A stretch of DNA of 64,000 bases from Glaucostegus cemiculus (lineage: Eukaryota), in NCBI GenBank assembly GCA_976551045.1, contig CDPCPM010000010.1:18042001-18106000 (forward strand). Reading direction: 5' to 3'. The position numbers were made by a program, and so were the translations under genes. This document shows positions 24,760-37,860 of the stretch, one piece after another (the first letter of the stretch is position 1; each line of letters opens with the position of its first letter). The notes beneath the pieces are model-generated. The model was given only the letters and a program-made list of their open reading frames with translations, had not been told where the DNA came from and ran no database searches.

Positions 24760-25350
24760 ATTATTGTAATCTAACTATGATTAATTTACCATTGTTAGAC
24801 CTTTACTGTAGTTAATGCACTCTTACTGTACTCAATCAGCATTTAATGCATCATGACTGTACTCTTATTATTTGTTAATGTACTCTTACTGTAAGCTAAT
24901 GCTTAATACACAATCCCCATACTCATAAAGTAATTAATGTTACTGCCTTTGAACTGTTATCAATGCATTATTGCTATAGTTAATGTAACCTTACTGTGCT
25001 GTATCTAGTTTTTGAGTTATTACTGTACGTTCTCTATGGGTGCACTAATACTTTAATCAAAATGCCATCATTTGTGATTCATGCCATATATGTGTAACTA
25101 ATTTTAGTGCTCTAAAGCCAACATTAGTGCCAATAAAATATGGTTAAAAATTACAATTTCTTCTTGCTGCTAACAAGGTTCATTTTCTGGAGGAACCCTA
25201 TAAAGCCATAACTCAGTGCCAATCTCTGCCTTTGAGTTAAAAGTTAGAGGAAAACCTATATTGTAATTAATGTAGCCTGACCGTATGATAACTGTACTTA
25301 ATACACTTATTGAATTTTTAATGCTATTAATGTACTCCTACTCTACTATT
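24760..25350. repeat. Degenerate AT-rich tandem-like repeat
   Basis: Recurring ttactgta / ttaatg(c/t)actc units. Confidence 0.5.
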
Positions 25351-27439
25351 ACTATATTCTCTGGAAGCAGGCTTTTAAGCAAAGAAGTACTGGCTTTTTA
25401 AAGTAACAACGTGGGCCTTTGAAACAGTGGTAAATCAGCCACTGGTTAATCAAGTCTCCACTATACATGTTTAACTGAGCAAATCGTCTCAATTGAAGTT
25501 GCTGTAGAATTTGCACATAAATATCACAATCTCCACTGTCCTCATCATTATTTCAGCAGCAAAGTATAGGCCAAAATTTTCAACAGATTTGGGGGAAAAT
25601 ATTTCTCCTATCATCAATTTCAGCAAATGTGTTACCAGGAATGTAGAATCTGATTCCTTTTCTCGTTTTGGTAAAATAACTAACAAAAGGATTTCACTCC
25701 CAAGGTATTCTAATAATATTACAAAAGCTTTGAAGATTTGGCAAATTATTTCTCTTTGTGAAAAAAATGAACTTTAATTCTGGTTAATTTTTTATCCACC
25801 TTTCCAATCCTACACTTTGCTAATTGCTTATTGTTAATTTTCTAAGTTTGCTTAGTCCTGCTGACAAAAACAGGACTATTGGTTCGATAACCATATAACA
25901 AACAAAAGATATGAAACAAATCCAAACTCTAAACTTCAGCTTTGGTTACTTATGAAAAGAATATTATAATTATCATACTTTGAAAAGTCATATTCACATG
26001 GCTCAAAAACAATGCACATTATCAAAAATTGAAAAGCTTTTGCTCGTTGGAGTCACTGTTTACAAATTGTAAAGATTCCTGACATCACAATGATAAAATT
26101 AGCAATTTCTTATGTGATCAACTCATGTGTAACAAAGAAATACATTTTAATGCATTCTCTAAAGGATTTTCTTCAAATTAAAAAAAAAGAAATCTAAAAC
26201 CCTATACCATTGTTTTGCCTGGAAATTAATCTTTTAGCTGCTAAGGCTGCAGTAGACAGACAGGTGTGGCAGCTCTGGTCAATTGTTGAACACGCTGTTA
26301 GTTACACTAATAAAAACTGAAGTCATATATTTTCCTGTGTGTACATAAAACACAGTGAGTGTTCTCTGTGCGCCCTCAGTCATGACACACCAGATTATTC
26401 CGCCTCAAATTATCCATCTGTCAGTATATTTCTAACTCTTTTTCTTCCTGGCGAGTCCAATCGCTGTGTAAAAGTAGCAGGGGGGCCCTTATTAAAGGAG
26501 ACCTCAGCAGCAGCCTTACAGCTAAACTGCTCTTGTATTACTTTTTGATGAGATTTCAATTTAGGCCTTCAGACGGGGGAGAAGGTGACTGAAAAACTGC
26601 AACAGATGGGGTTGATTGTGCTCTCTAGGCAAATTGAACTAGACATCTGTAGCTGCAAAATACTGCTGGTCTAAAGCAATTAAGGACTGGTGAAAAGAAG
26701 CCTCACCAATCATCCAATAGAATCAGAACTGCTCACATTACAATGGCTTCAGCCACAATTGAGTGGAAAAGATTAGTATGAGGAAAAACAGCAAAATCAG
26801 AGTCAGTAAGCCGGCCAGGCTGACTTGTATTTCTATGTGAACTTTGAACAATTTAAAGCAACACTGTCTGTATAGAAAATTAATCAAAATTTTAAATCAA
26901 CAATAATTTGTTTCAATCCTGATTTTCCTCTTGTTTTTTAACTCAAAGGTGGTGACTGGCACTGAGTTATGGCTTTGTAGGGTTTCTCCAGAATGTGAAC
27001 CTTGTTAGCAGCAAGAAGGAATTGTAATTATTAACCATACTTTCGTTGGCACTCATGTTGACTTTAGAGCACTAAAATTAGTTACACATATGAGGCATGA
27101 ATCACAAATGATTGCATTTTGGTGAGAGCATTAGAGCATGTATAGAGAATGTCTGCTGAAAGCATGCAAAGGAGGTCGTTTCATGATAAAATTCAATGTA
27201 TAGTATTAATTTGATGCCAGTGGTGCTATTTTGGAGATCAACAGTGACAGATGAGAAAGCCTTTACCCACAGCAAGGTCCCCACTGATGCTAACCAAGGG
27301 AGCGGAATGCAGCACACATTATAACACCTACTTAGTGCAAGCAAGCAAGGATGACAGTTTTCCCCCATTTATTCAAAGTTTGTTCTTATATGGGATTGTG
27401 CTCATTGAAGTCCACCCTCAGGGTAGGATGAGGACCACT

Positions 27440-28250
27440 TTTCCTGTGGCTGGCCTATGATTATTGTGGTGAATACTTTATTTTTGCCTCCTCCCGGACT
27501 GGAGATGGAGTTATTTGCGAGAGCTCACAGTCAGCCATCCACTGTTGTGTGAACAAGGTCCGTAAACAATGAGAGCAAACTGTGTTTCATTCTCCCTTGC
27601 CAGAGACAGAGCAAGCACACATCCTTACTGAAATTGCAAGCTTCCTGATAACACATGATTCCAATGACCATGCACACAACACTTTGTTGATTCAATGATA
27701 AATCTGCCCGACATTTGAAACAAAAGGGGTTCAACAGCCTCAATGTCCAGTGGCTTTGTGGTCATTGGCAGCAAACTATGGAAGTCAATGCCCAGTATCC
27801 AGGCAGTAATTGTAATAACATTGCTCAGTGGCAGTTTGTTTCACCAGTAGCATATGACCCTGCTAAGAGATTAAGACCAAAGACTCGCATGTGCAACCCC
27901 ACCATGTGGGCAGCGTTCATTAAATGAAAGCCATGCTGCACCATAAAGTCTGATGGAGCACACTGTGAACAGGCTGTAACCACACTTCTGCCACCTTCAC
28001 CACTCTGGAGGAGTCCTGCAGTACTCAGCATGGCAGTCAACAAGATACACCATGGAGACACAATTGCATGCTTCACATCCTTGCCAACATGATTAGGTAG
28101 ATTTTGCCAACAGTTGTATGATGACCTATTGCTGAACAGGGGAATGAAGAGTGGGAGAAGGATGAGGATGAGTCAGAAAAAAATATTAGAAGGACAAGTG
28201 GAAGGGAGGGACAACCTGGCCAGAGGTGTCGGTAATGATCATGGACTACC
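27440..28250 (+). mobile_element. PIF/Harbinger transposase relic
   Basis: KGFNSLNVQWLCGHWQQTMEVNAQYPGS matches the DDE motif KG.HSLNVQ.VCD.......A.YPGS.HD; acidic C-terminal stretch follows. Confidence 0.8.
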
Positions 28251-28379
28251 ACTTTGGCTATAGGCATGAAGGGCCCAACATTGGTACATAGTTTGGTTGG
28301 CATGTGTGCCAGCTCTGGGTTGACTGACTGAAAGGCAACAGCAAGGGCAGTGGCAGGCTGGAAAGATGGGTGACAGAAG

Positions 28380-28800
28380 CTGCAGTGATTTTTCTTAAAG
28401 AGTTTGAACGGTTTTCCTTTCATATTGTACATTAATATCATTCTATGCTGGAGCTTGAAGGACATGAGGTGAGATATAGCAGTGAGGAAGACTCAGGAGA
28501 GGATTGTTGCAATAACACAGCCTTGCTTGACCTCATTCTGCTCAGGAATTGATGTGTGATCCTTTGGTGAAGCTACTGTTTGCACATCATTGTGGAGCAG
28601 AGAGACAATGATGACAAATTTTTAGTACACCCGATTTGAGAAGGTTCTCAGAAGCTAAAGCCTTGATGAGGCCATTTGCTGTGGTTGACGTCCCTTCTCC
28701 ACCTGTTATATTTTTTCTTGTTGTAATGCAGTAGAGACAAGCTATGGGTGCCTGGTATCTTACCAGATGTAGATCATTGCCACTAACTTACCTTCTTTTT
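28380..28800 (-). mobile_element. RTE-clade LINE RT relic; probably continues at 30275-30440 and 30710-30910
   Basis: Minus strand has KA...LLKSG..KF...LLH and GVKQGCVIA-like motifs (gaggtcaagcaaggctgtgttattgca). Confidence 0.55.
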
Positions 28801-29189
28801 GAGTATCTGGTAGCTGGGAGTCTGAAATTATGTCTTCATCACTGCTTTTCTCACTGTTCTTTTATTGCCCAATGGTTTGTGCTTCTTGGATATCAGAAAG
28901 GAAATAGGCATGCATGTAAGAATCTGGTAAGAGGACGTGGAGTAAATAAGAGGTGTTTGCTTATATATCTGCTGCTTCTAACTCAGAAGAAATTGCTGAA
29001 TGTGGAAAAATGGATGTTAAACAATGGATTATATGCAAGAACACCATTATCTAAAATAACACCAAACCATGCTAACAATGAGTGGATTTCTCACTCATTC
29101 TGGGGTTGAAACATGCAGACACATTTGTCCCCTCACTATAACTCCTGCTCCATCTGTTTTTTACCATCTTGTACTGTCAGATGCAAAAT

Positions 29190-30275
29190 TGGGAGAGCAT
29201 TGGCAGATGGAATTTAATCTCACATGAGAGATGATACATTTTGGAAAGTCAAATAGGAATAGAGCATGTACAGTAATTTGTAGAGCTTTGGGGAATTTTG
29301 ATGTACAGAAGGACCTTGGGGTTCAAGTTCATAGTTCCCTGAAAGTGGCAACATGGGTGGATAGGGTGGTGAAGAAGGCACTGTAGTGTAATGGTTAGGA
29401 TAACACTATTACAGCACTAGTGGCCACGGTTCAATTCCTGCCGCTGTCTGTAAAGAGTTTGTATGTTTTCCTGGTGTGTCTACATGGGTTTCCTCCGGGT
29501 GCTCCGGTTTCCTCCCATATTCCTAAGACCTACAGATTAGGAAGTTGTGGACATGCTATGTTGGCGCCGGAAGAGTGGCGACACTTGCCCCCAGCACATT
29601 CTCAGTAATGCAAAAAGACGCATTTCACTATGTGCATGTGACTAATAAATAAATATCTTATCTTATATGCCATGTTTGCTTTCATAGAATATAAAAGTTG
29701 GGATGTTATGTTGCAACTTTACAAAACACTTGTTAGACTGCAGTTGGATTATCATGAGCAGTTCTGGTCACCACACTATACAAAGGAAGTGGTTGTGCTG
29801 GAGAGAGCGCAGAGGAGATTCACTAAGATGTTGCCTGGATTGGAGGAATTTAGTTATGGAGAAAGGTTAGAAAGGCTAGGTTTGTTCTTCCTGGAGCAAA
29901 GGACGCTGAGGAGTGACCTGATAGAGGTATACAAAATGATAAGAGGTATAAATAGTGTCGAGATTCAGAATTTTTTCCCATGGTAGGAGTATCAAATATA
30001 AGAGAGCATAGGATAAAGACGAGAGGAAGGAGTTTTAAATGGGTTTTGAGGGGTATGTTTTTTACGCAGAGTGGTTGATATCTGGAGCTCACTGCCAAAA
30101 GGAAGTGTTGAATCAGACACAATCATGACATTTAAGAGCCATTTAGACAGACACTTGTAAAGGCAAGGCATAGCAGGAGATGAACTTAATGCAGGCAAAT
30201 GGGATTCATGTAGATTTCAAAAAGTTTGCACTGAAGGACCCATTTCTCCACTATATAACTCTGTGGCTCTATAAC
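29190..30275 (+). mobile_element. CR1 LINE 3' portion interrupted by a SINE
   Basis: ORF 29672-29986 YKTLVRLQLDYHEQFWSPHY...LERAQRRFTKMLPGL...DLIEVYK and a CR1 tail ending ataactct. Confidence 0.9.
29377..29668 (+). mobile_element. V-SINE inserted in CR1
   Basis: Same family as 14363-14668; CR1 sequence resumes after the tail. Confidence 0.88.
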
Positions 30276-30444
30276 GAGAGAGGGCAGTGATGATACTTGT
30301 GAAATTTGTTTGGAAGAAGTGACAGAAGTTGTTAGTCGATGAGGTCATTTGTAGAGGCTCTAAGATGCAGTGTGCTGGGCAGTCTCTGAGGCCAGTGGTC
30401 CAGCTGATGGACTGACATATTTGAAAGTGCATCTTCCTCACTTT

Positions 30445-30708
30445 TAAATTAAATTTTAAATTTTAAAAAAAATTTTATTTACAGCGTGGTAACAGGCCCT
30501 TTCGGCCCAACGAGTCCATGCTGCCCATCTTAAACCCCCAAATTAACCTACCCGTACGTCTTTTAGAATGTGGGAGGAAACCAGAGCACCCGGAGGAAAC
30601 CCACGCAGACACGGGAGAATGTACAAACTCCTTACAGACAGCAATGGGAATCGAACCCCCATCACTGGCGCTGTAACAGTGTCGTGCTAACCACTACGCT
30701 ATCGTGCC
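30445..30708 (-). mobile_element. V-SINE variant with CR1-type tail
   Basis: Same head and V core, but the tail is ggactcgttgggccgaaagggcctgttaccacgctgtaaataaaattt; tail-only copies at 41170-41275 and 52122-52236. Confidence 0.85.
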
Positions 30709-31384
30709 ACCCTTTGATTTCTCATCCAAGGTCATTGATTTTTTTCCAGTTAAACATTGTGCTCGATTCCTAGGATCGACCACATTGACTAACTGCTCCC
30801 ATTTCCATTGTATGTAGCAGGTTTCCTACCTCCTCCACTAAGCCATCCAGTGCATAGACGAAGACATTTGGGGCCAGCTCTCTCCAGACTGTTTCTCAGG
30901 TCAAATTTATTCCTGCATTACTGCTACTCTCTTCTCCAGCCACTGTCACCTCCACTTTAAAAGATGTAGGCTAGCTCTAAGTAGTGCAGGCTTGCTTTAA
31001 CTTGCTTTTCCTCTCATGGTTTTAGCCCCTGTTCATGTACAACATAATCATCCTGTACATATAAAAAGGTAACACTAAGAATGGAACTGTACACGAATGT
31101 AATGGTTTGAACTGTTTCTTTTATTATTGTATATAGTTTTTTATGAATAATGTTTATTTTGTTTAAAAAAATAATCAACTGGCATGATACCAAAATTCAA
31201 ATGAACATAGCAGAAAGCAAACATGCTGTCTGAAGATATAACCAATGCCAAGGCATAACCACAGATCAGAATCCCTCTGACCACTTCTAGGGACTATCCA
31301 CTTTAGTCACCATGATAAGTAACCACAGCAGACATTACAGCCAAGCTCAAATATCTTCACCAGAATTGTTTAAATATGAATGAA

Positions 31385-31580
31385 AATCATAAAAATTGCA
31401 GATGCTAGAAATCTTTAAACACAAAATGCTGGAAGCACTCAGCAAGCCAGGCAGAATCTGTGGAAAAAGAAAGGATTAACATTTCAGTTCAGCGACCCTT
31501 CATCTGACAACCTGAAATGGTAACTCTGTCGTGCTGCATAACCTGCTGAGTATTTCAAGTATTTTTTGCTTTCATTTTTG
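31385..31580. repeat. Palindromic Penelope-like repeat
   Basis: aaaatgctggaagcactcagc...versus ...gctgagtatttcaagtatttt inverted arms. Confidence 0.6.
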
Positions 31581-31698
31581 TCTACAAATGCATTTTCCAT
31601 CAAGGACTGTGATTGTACCAGGAAACAGGGCAGGATTTCCTCTCCTTGTTCCAGGGGTTTTTGAGGCCACTTTTAATAGTTTAACTCACAATCTACCT

Positions 31699-31891
31699 CA
31701 ATGCACACAAAATGCTGGAGGAACTCAGCAGGTCAGGCAGCATCTATGGAGGGAAATAAACAGTCGATGTTTCACTCGACCTGAAACATCTTTTGTTTGT
31801 TTCCCTCCATAGATGCTGCCTGACCTGCTGAGTTCCTCCAGCACTTTGTGTGCATTGCTTCAGACTCCAGCATCTGCAGAACCTCTTGTGT
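31699..31891. mobile_element. Palindromic Penelope-derived element with TSD
   Basis: About 64-bp inverted arms; direct repeat CTCACAATCTACCT at 31685-31698 and 31892-31905. Confidence 0.8.
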
Positions 31892-33054
31892 CTCACAATC
31901 TACCTGATGCTTGCTAACTCAGCTCAAACCTGGCCTGAATTTTGAAGCATTATTGACTTATTGTTGCACATCAGACGAAGCAAGGAAGAGAAAAAACATT
32001 TTGATAAATCTATGGGAGATAGAAGGTAAATGTATTACTTCTACCATACATTCAAAAACAAAATTGTGGTGCTATTTAACACAACTCATATTTGGACTTC
32101 ATAGGTTCACAAATGCATCAAAAAGCTCTTCTTGGCCAAATATATTCTTGTTGAATACTCTTCCCCTTTAAATTGAATAGGTAGAGAAGGAAAGCACTGG
32201 GGAATTGTGGTTTGTGTGCCAAGCAGACAAGGATTTTTTTAAAAAAATTATTTAATACCTGATATTATCGTTAAGACCTATAATCTGCAAATTGTATGAG
32301 GAACCCATTTCTCTGACAGCAAATTGTTCAAAAACAATGACTGAAGAAGCGGCAGCGCTTGCGGTCAAAATTATCGCAAAAGAAAAAGAAGGAAAATAAG
32401 AGAATGCTCTGTTATCTGATAACAGCCTCACTGAAAGTGATAATTATAAATGATTGTTATGGGGCTGGAGTGTAGACCTTCAATAAAAAATGGAACACCA
32501 ACTGAGCTAATCCTGTGGCGTGCTCTTGTAATTCCATTCCCCCACTTTGTGCGGAAGCTAAGGTGGAACCTCAGAGGATTTTGTCAGTGTTAATGAGAGC
32601 TGCAAGCTCTGTTATTCATGCATATTTATGATCAGCACATCTTGACTGAGGAAAACAATAATGAAAGCAGCTGATGAGGGGTCGTGCCACCTTTAAATTA
32701 TACCTCGTTCTTTTGTTAGGCCAAACATTAAGACCATTGCATAGAAGAATGGTTTTTTTGTATCAGCATACATCAAAATTCTTTCACAGATTTAGTTTAT
32801 ATACGTATGAAAAAACTTTTAAAACCCACAAAAACTTGATCCGTTTCACATTCTGTTAATAAGCTGAAATCTAATGCTGCAAAACAGTCCTGTTTTCATG
32901 TCTTTCAGGATTCCTGGGTGCCCTCCCTGCAACCCTGGACTGGTCAGGCAGTTCCCTGTCTCAACACAAGCACTCCTAACCAGGAGCAAAGTGTTGCACA
33001 TCATCCAACAAAGTATTGTTTTTCAGGCTTTCAATGAGTCACAATGAGGCCATG

Positions 33055-33495
33055 AAGAAAGACTTGCTTTTATATTGCACCTTTTACAATCCTATCAGGA
33101 CATCTCAAAGCACATTGCAGTCAAAGCAGAGCATTTTAAGGGTAGTCACTGTATAATAAAGGAAACTCAGAAACTGCAGAAATCACTGAAGAGTTACAGC
33201 AAGGAAGAAGGCCATTTGTCCCATCGCATCCACACCAGCAAAAAGAACAATCCAGCTACTTCCACTCCCCTGCCTTCTACCCGTAGCTCTGCCTGTTCTT
33301 TCAGGTACTTGTTCCCCTCTCTTTTGAATGCTACAATTGAACTTGCCTCCATTAAAATGCATTCTAGACCCTCGCCATTCATTGCTTTATAAATTTTTCA
33401 TTTCATTTTTTGGTGTTTTGTTGTCAATCGCCTTCATATTAGCAAACAATTTGCACAAAGCAAGATCCCACAATGGCTAATGATCACTCAGGTCA
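33055..33495 (-). mobile_element. Deu-SINE 3' part split by a CR1 3' fragment (~33165-33440)
   Basis: gacttgcttttatattgcaccttt...ggacatctcaaagcac and agcaaacaatttgcacaaagcaagatcccaca flank a CR1 tail. Confidence 0.6.
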
Positions 33496-34314
33496 ATTCC
33501 TAAACTACCCAAAACTAAATGAGTGACATTAATGTTGACTTTTGTACATTTTAATCTTAACATAGTGTGTCTTGAATTAAATAACTAGGGAGGAATTAGT
33601 AATACTCTAGATACTTTGCTGGGTTTGTGATCAGCCTCATTTTCATTCTTATAAGTTCTCATCATAATGACACACAGACACATAAATGATAGAGAAATGG
33701 GGGGGGGGGGCGATGTGGGAGGGAAGGGTTAGATAGATCTCAGAGCAGGGTAAAATGTCGGCACAACATTGTGGGCCAAAGGGCCTGTACTCTGCTGTAA
33801 TTTTCTATGTTCTATTTGTATAATATTAGGGAGTTCATGGTTGACAAAGCTTCCACAGTAGAATGATGAACAGCACACAGCTAGACCTAAACAGAAGGCA
33901 CTTAAGTTATTTTTAAACCTTACTGCAGGCTGCAGCCCATATGGTCAGCACTTTAAATGGAAGTTCTTTCATGAAACATGTTAAAAACATGTCCCATTTC
34001 TACATACTTTGGTGAAAATTGTATTAAAATACATAGTTGTGTGTGTCCCTTTCATTCACTGTTAATGCAATACATTGGCCCACATCTCTACTCCCACTGT
34101 TAGCAAAATTTATGCATCTTATTTTTGGAAGTACAGTGTACGCCATTAAGAATTAAAGGGAGGTGAATTGTGAATAAAAGGTCATTATTAATGGTGCCAA
34201 GACTGCAGTATGAGTGTTGTTGCATTAATGTATAATTCAATCATTTGAAGTTTCTCCTCCCATTTTTCAATGGAGAGGTTAACTTGTTGCAAAGAAATAA
34301 TAACCTAATTTGTC

Positions 34315-36600
34315 AAACACTATTCACCAAAGGACTGTAGCGGTAGGGAAATTTTAAATAGTCAGTCCCAGAACTTTTGCCCAGCAATAATGAAGGAACA
34401 GAACAATGTTCCCAACCCATAACGGGATGTGAATTGGAGGGGAACTTACAGGAGATGATGCCTTGCCCATGCACCTGCTGCTGTTGTCCTAGTTGATAGA
34501 GCCCATATCTGGAACGTGCTGTCAAAGAGTGGCCATGTTGATGCAGTGCATTCCGTAGATGGTACACACTGCAACCACACTGACTGGTGTTAGAAGGATG
34601 ATTTTTTAACATGGTGGAAAGAGTGTCAAAACATCCCTGACTTATTGCAACACAGAAGAGAGCCTTTCAGACTTTGGTCCACGTTGGTCTCCCAGGGATT
34701 GATCCAATTAGTCCTATTCCTCCTCTCCTTATTTCCCTCCATCCTTGCAACTTATTCTCACTCATAATCGATCTCCATCAATTCCCTTCGTATTTCTTTT
34801 CTATACTACATTAAGTTGTAATTTGCAGTAGCCAATTAACGTAGCATCACATTTTAGGGATGTGGGAGGAAACTAGAGTACCTGGAGGAAACTCACACAT
34901 CACAGGGAGAATGTGTAATCTCTACACAGACAACACCCAAGGCCAGGACTGAACCAGGTCCCTAATGCTGTGAGGCAACAGTACTAGCTGCTGCATGGTC
35001 ATGCCTTTTATTCTGTTGAAAGATTTTACAATACCGAGAGGGAAGTCACCACTAATGATATTCAGCCTCTTATCTGTTCTTGTACCTACATTTTTGATGT
35101 GACTGGCCATGTTATGTCTGGGGTCAATGGTGATCCCCTATATGTTGATGGTGGGGAAATGGTAATGGTAATGCTGTTGAGTGAGAAGGCTAAATGGTTA
35201 GACTTTCTCTTATCAGAGTTAGTTATTGCCTGACATTTGTGTATCCAAATTTAACTTGCCACTTAGCAGGTCAGATCTGAATCTAGGCATAGACTGCTCA
35301 GTTACCTGAGGAATTGTGAATGGAAATGAACATTGTGCAGTCATCAGAAATCTTCCATGCTTCTGACTTCATAATAGAGGGAAAGTCATTAATGAGGAAA
35401 ATGAAGATGGTTATACCTAGGACACTGCCTTGAGGGATTCCTGCAGTGATGCCCTGATTGGGTTTGATTTCATTGGCAAATACTAGCACTTCTGAATGGA
35501 ACTGCCAAGCTCAGTTCCAAGATGCTGTCAGGGCCCTTGGCCTTGCAGTATCTCCTATTTCTGGATATCACTGGGGTGAATTGGAGAGGCTGAACGTGGC
35601 TTCTGTGATGGTAGGTCCCTACAAGAAAATTGGATGGATCGTATTGCCATTTGCAATCACATGATGGTCTCCACCATGGACATAGGTTTGCCTCCTCCTC
35701 ACATTTGCTGTTTAATGTCCCTCACCATTTATGAATGGGTGTGGCACAACTGCAAAACTTTGATTTAGTCCATTATTTCTGGGATAGCTTAGCTCAGCCT
35801 GGAGTACGATTTTGCTTCTGTAATTCAGACAACATGAGGACTGGAATACCACCTTCACCCAGGTTGGCGGTTCATTTTATGTAGACCTGGACCTGCTCCA
35901 TTCCTATTGAACAAGGACTGCTTCTGATGTCTTATGGTAATGCTACAGTGAGGGATTACCAGGGCATGAAACTACACATTCTGGTGGAGTACAATTTTGC
36001 CACTGTTTCTAGCCAACAGAACCTCATGGATGTCTAGTTTTGAGTATCCTGTTTAGCACAGATGCCATGCAACACACTGGAGAATGTTCTTCCTCCGAAG
36101 ATGTGACTTTACTGATGGTCATTTTGACCAATATTATCATGGATAGATGCATCTGCATCAGGTAGATTGGTAAAGAAGTAGTCTAAGTTAAACACTCATG
36201 TTGGTTTTCACGTTTCCTCCAACAGGCCCAGATTGACAACTGTGTCTTTCAGAACTTGATCATCTCAGGGAGTAGTGAGGCAACAAAGCTGCTCTTGACA
36301 TTAATTATTGAAGTTCCTCTCTCACAGTGCAACAATGTCATTACCACATTCTGGACTTCTACGAATAAAGCAAACTGATTCACCAGTTGGTAAAATGGAG
36401 TAAATGGTAACCAACAGCAGGCCTCCTTGCCTGTGTTTGATGATGCTATGAATTCTCATAGGATCAAGAGCCAATGTTAAAGACACACAGGGCCCCTCCC
36501 TCCTGGGTTGTTACCAGAATGACACCACCTCAGGAGAAACAGGACACCCCAAGAGCTCATAATAGAAAAGCGGAAGTTGACTGATAGGTATGATTCTATG
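34315..36600 (-). mobile_element. Old CR1/L2-group LINE with nested V-SINE (~34640-35005)
   Basis: RT motif GIPQGSVLG.TIF..LIND....K.E....SDDCT (35298-35489); endonuclease-like relic toward 36.5 kb. Confidence 0.7.
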
Positions 36601-37539
36601 AGTATGAAAATGCTGGACGATAGTACAATAAAACAAAAACCGGAACCATCACCGCGTTCCCAATGTTTGGTGTTTTCACGACAAAAATTAACAAAGTCTC
36701 CCTTTTTTCCCTTATCCAAGTGTGACATCTCTCACTTTCAATTATTGCTTGTGATCAGTTTGAACCTGTACTTTGCTTCCATTTTATTTTATATAATTTT
36801 AAATCTGACCCTTTCATCTTTAAAAGTGAAACCTCATGTTTTTACCTGCAGTCTAATTTCCACATACTAATATCTTATGTTCTTAGCACATATACTTTTG
36901 GTTACCAAGTTTTATTTTATTTCTCCTGTTCCAGATTTGTTCATTGTAAGTTCTTTTTCGCTAATTATTTACATGTATTGCTTTTGCCAATCACCCACAC
37001 AGAGGTCTGGCGCCACCCTTTGGTAGCTAATGTAATTACACACTCTTAAAGATACAGACTATAAAATTGGGTTCTGTGGTTCCATTAGCCAAATTGATTC
37101 AGCATGGCCACAGATGTGTACGCAAATGTAGCGCAAGTCATGCCAATTTTCATATTGAAAAGGATGGTAAATAGTATAATGAGAATGTTCAACGAAAGTG
37201 CTCAGAGTAGGCCAATCGTGATGTCACTCATCATGCAACGTTGATTTGACACCAACACCAGCAATTTAGACCTCCACAGTATCTTAACCCAACACAGCTG
37301 AACATGCATTTAACAAATGGAAGGAACTGACACCTGCTGTTATTAAAGGGATTATCAGCAACTTACAATTTCATTGCTGATTGTTTCCATCAGCTGCTGC
37401 TACAATTCTACAAGGATTTTGTGCTTTTTGTGGTTCTGTGAAGGTTCCATAACCTACAGGAAGTGGTATCCCTGGTGCAGAAGGACTTTGACATAACTTC
37501 AAGCTCTTACAAAAACCAGTTGTTTCCATAAGTGAGACT

Positions 37540-37860
37540 ATTAGTAGTTGTTTCCTTTGGAGGGCAGCATGCTGGGGAGAATGAGCAGAGACAGACAAGA
37601 CCAGAAGAGGCTGATAGAGGAGGAAGGAGAGAAGGGGAAAAGGATTCCCATCAGGCTGCTGTATGCACCCAGAGAGTTCTGGAAGCAATTTTCTGGTCTG
37701 AACTGCAATGAGGCATTTGTATTTTGGAAAGGACCTCTGTCATGTTTTGCCATTCTTGAATGTCTCTCTGCTCAACTTCCATTGCAAAATGCCTGGCAGC
37801 ACCTCTTAAAACTGCAATGCATCTCGTCTTTAAGAAGTGTATGCTGCCATTAAATAGTAC
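37540..37860 (+). mobile_element. Probable Harbinger transposase N-terminal relic
   Basis: gaggaggaaggagagaagggg...atcaggctgctgtatgcacccagagagttctggaagcaattttc resembles the RR.Y.PRVFR.QFS start of Harbinger ORFs. Confidence 0.4.

Noticed and set aside
27715-27927. HARBI1 host gene
   Set aside because: Fragmentary, catalytic motifs degraded (CG for CD, no HD), multiple stops; a transposon relic.
31480-31510. Intact hammerhead ribozyme
   Set aside because: The core reads CAGATGA rather than CTGATGA and the stems are imperfect; none of the Penelope-like fragments I inspected has a complete core.
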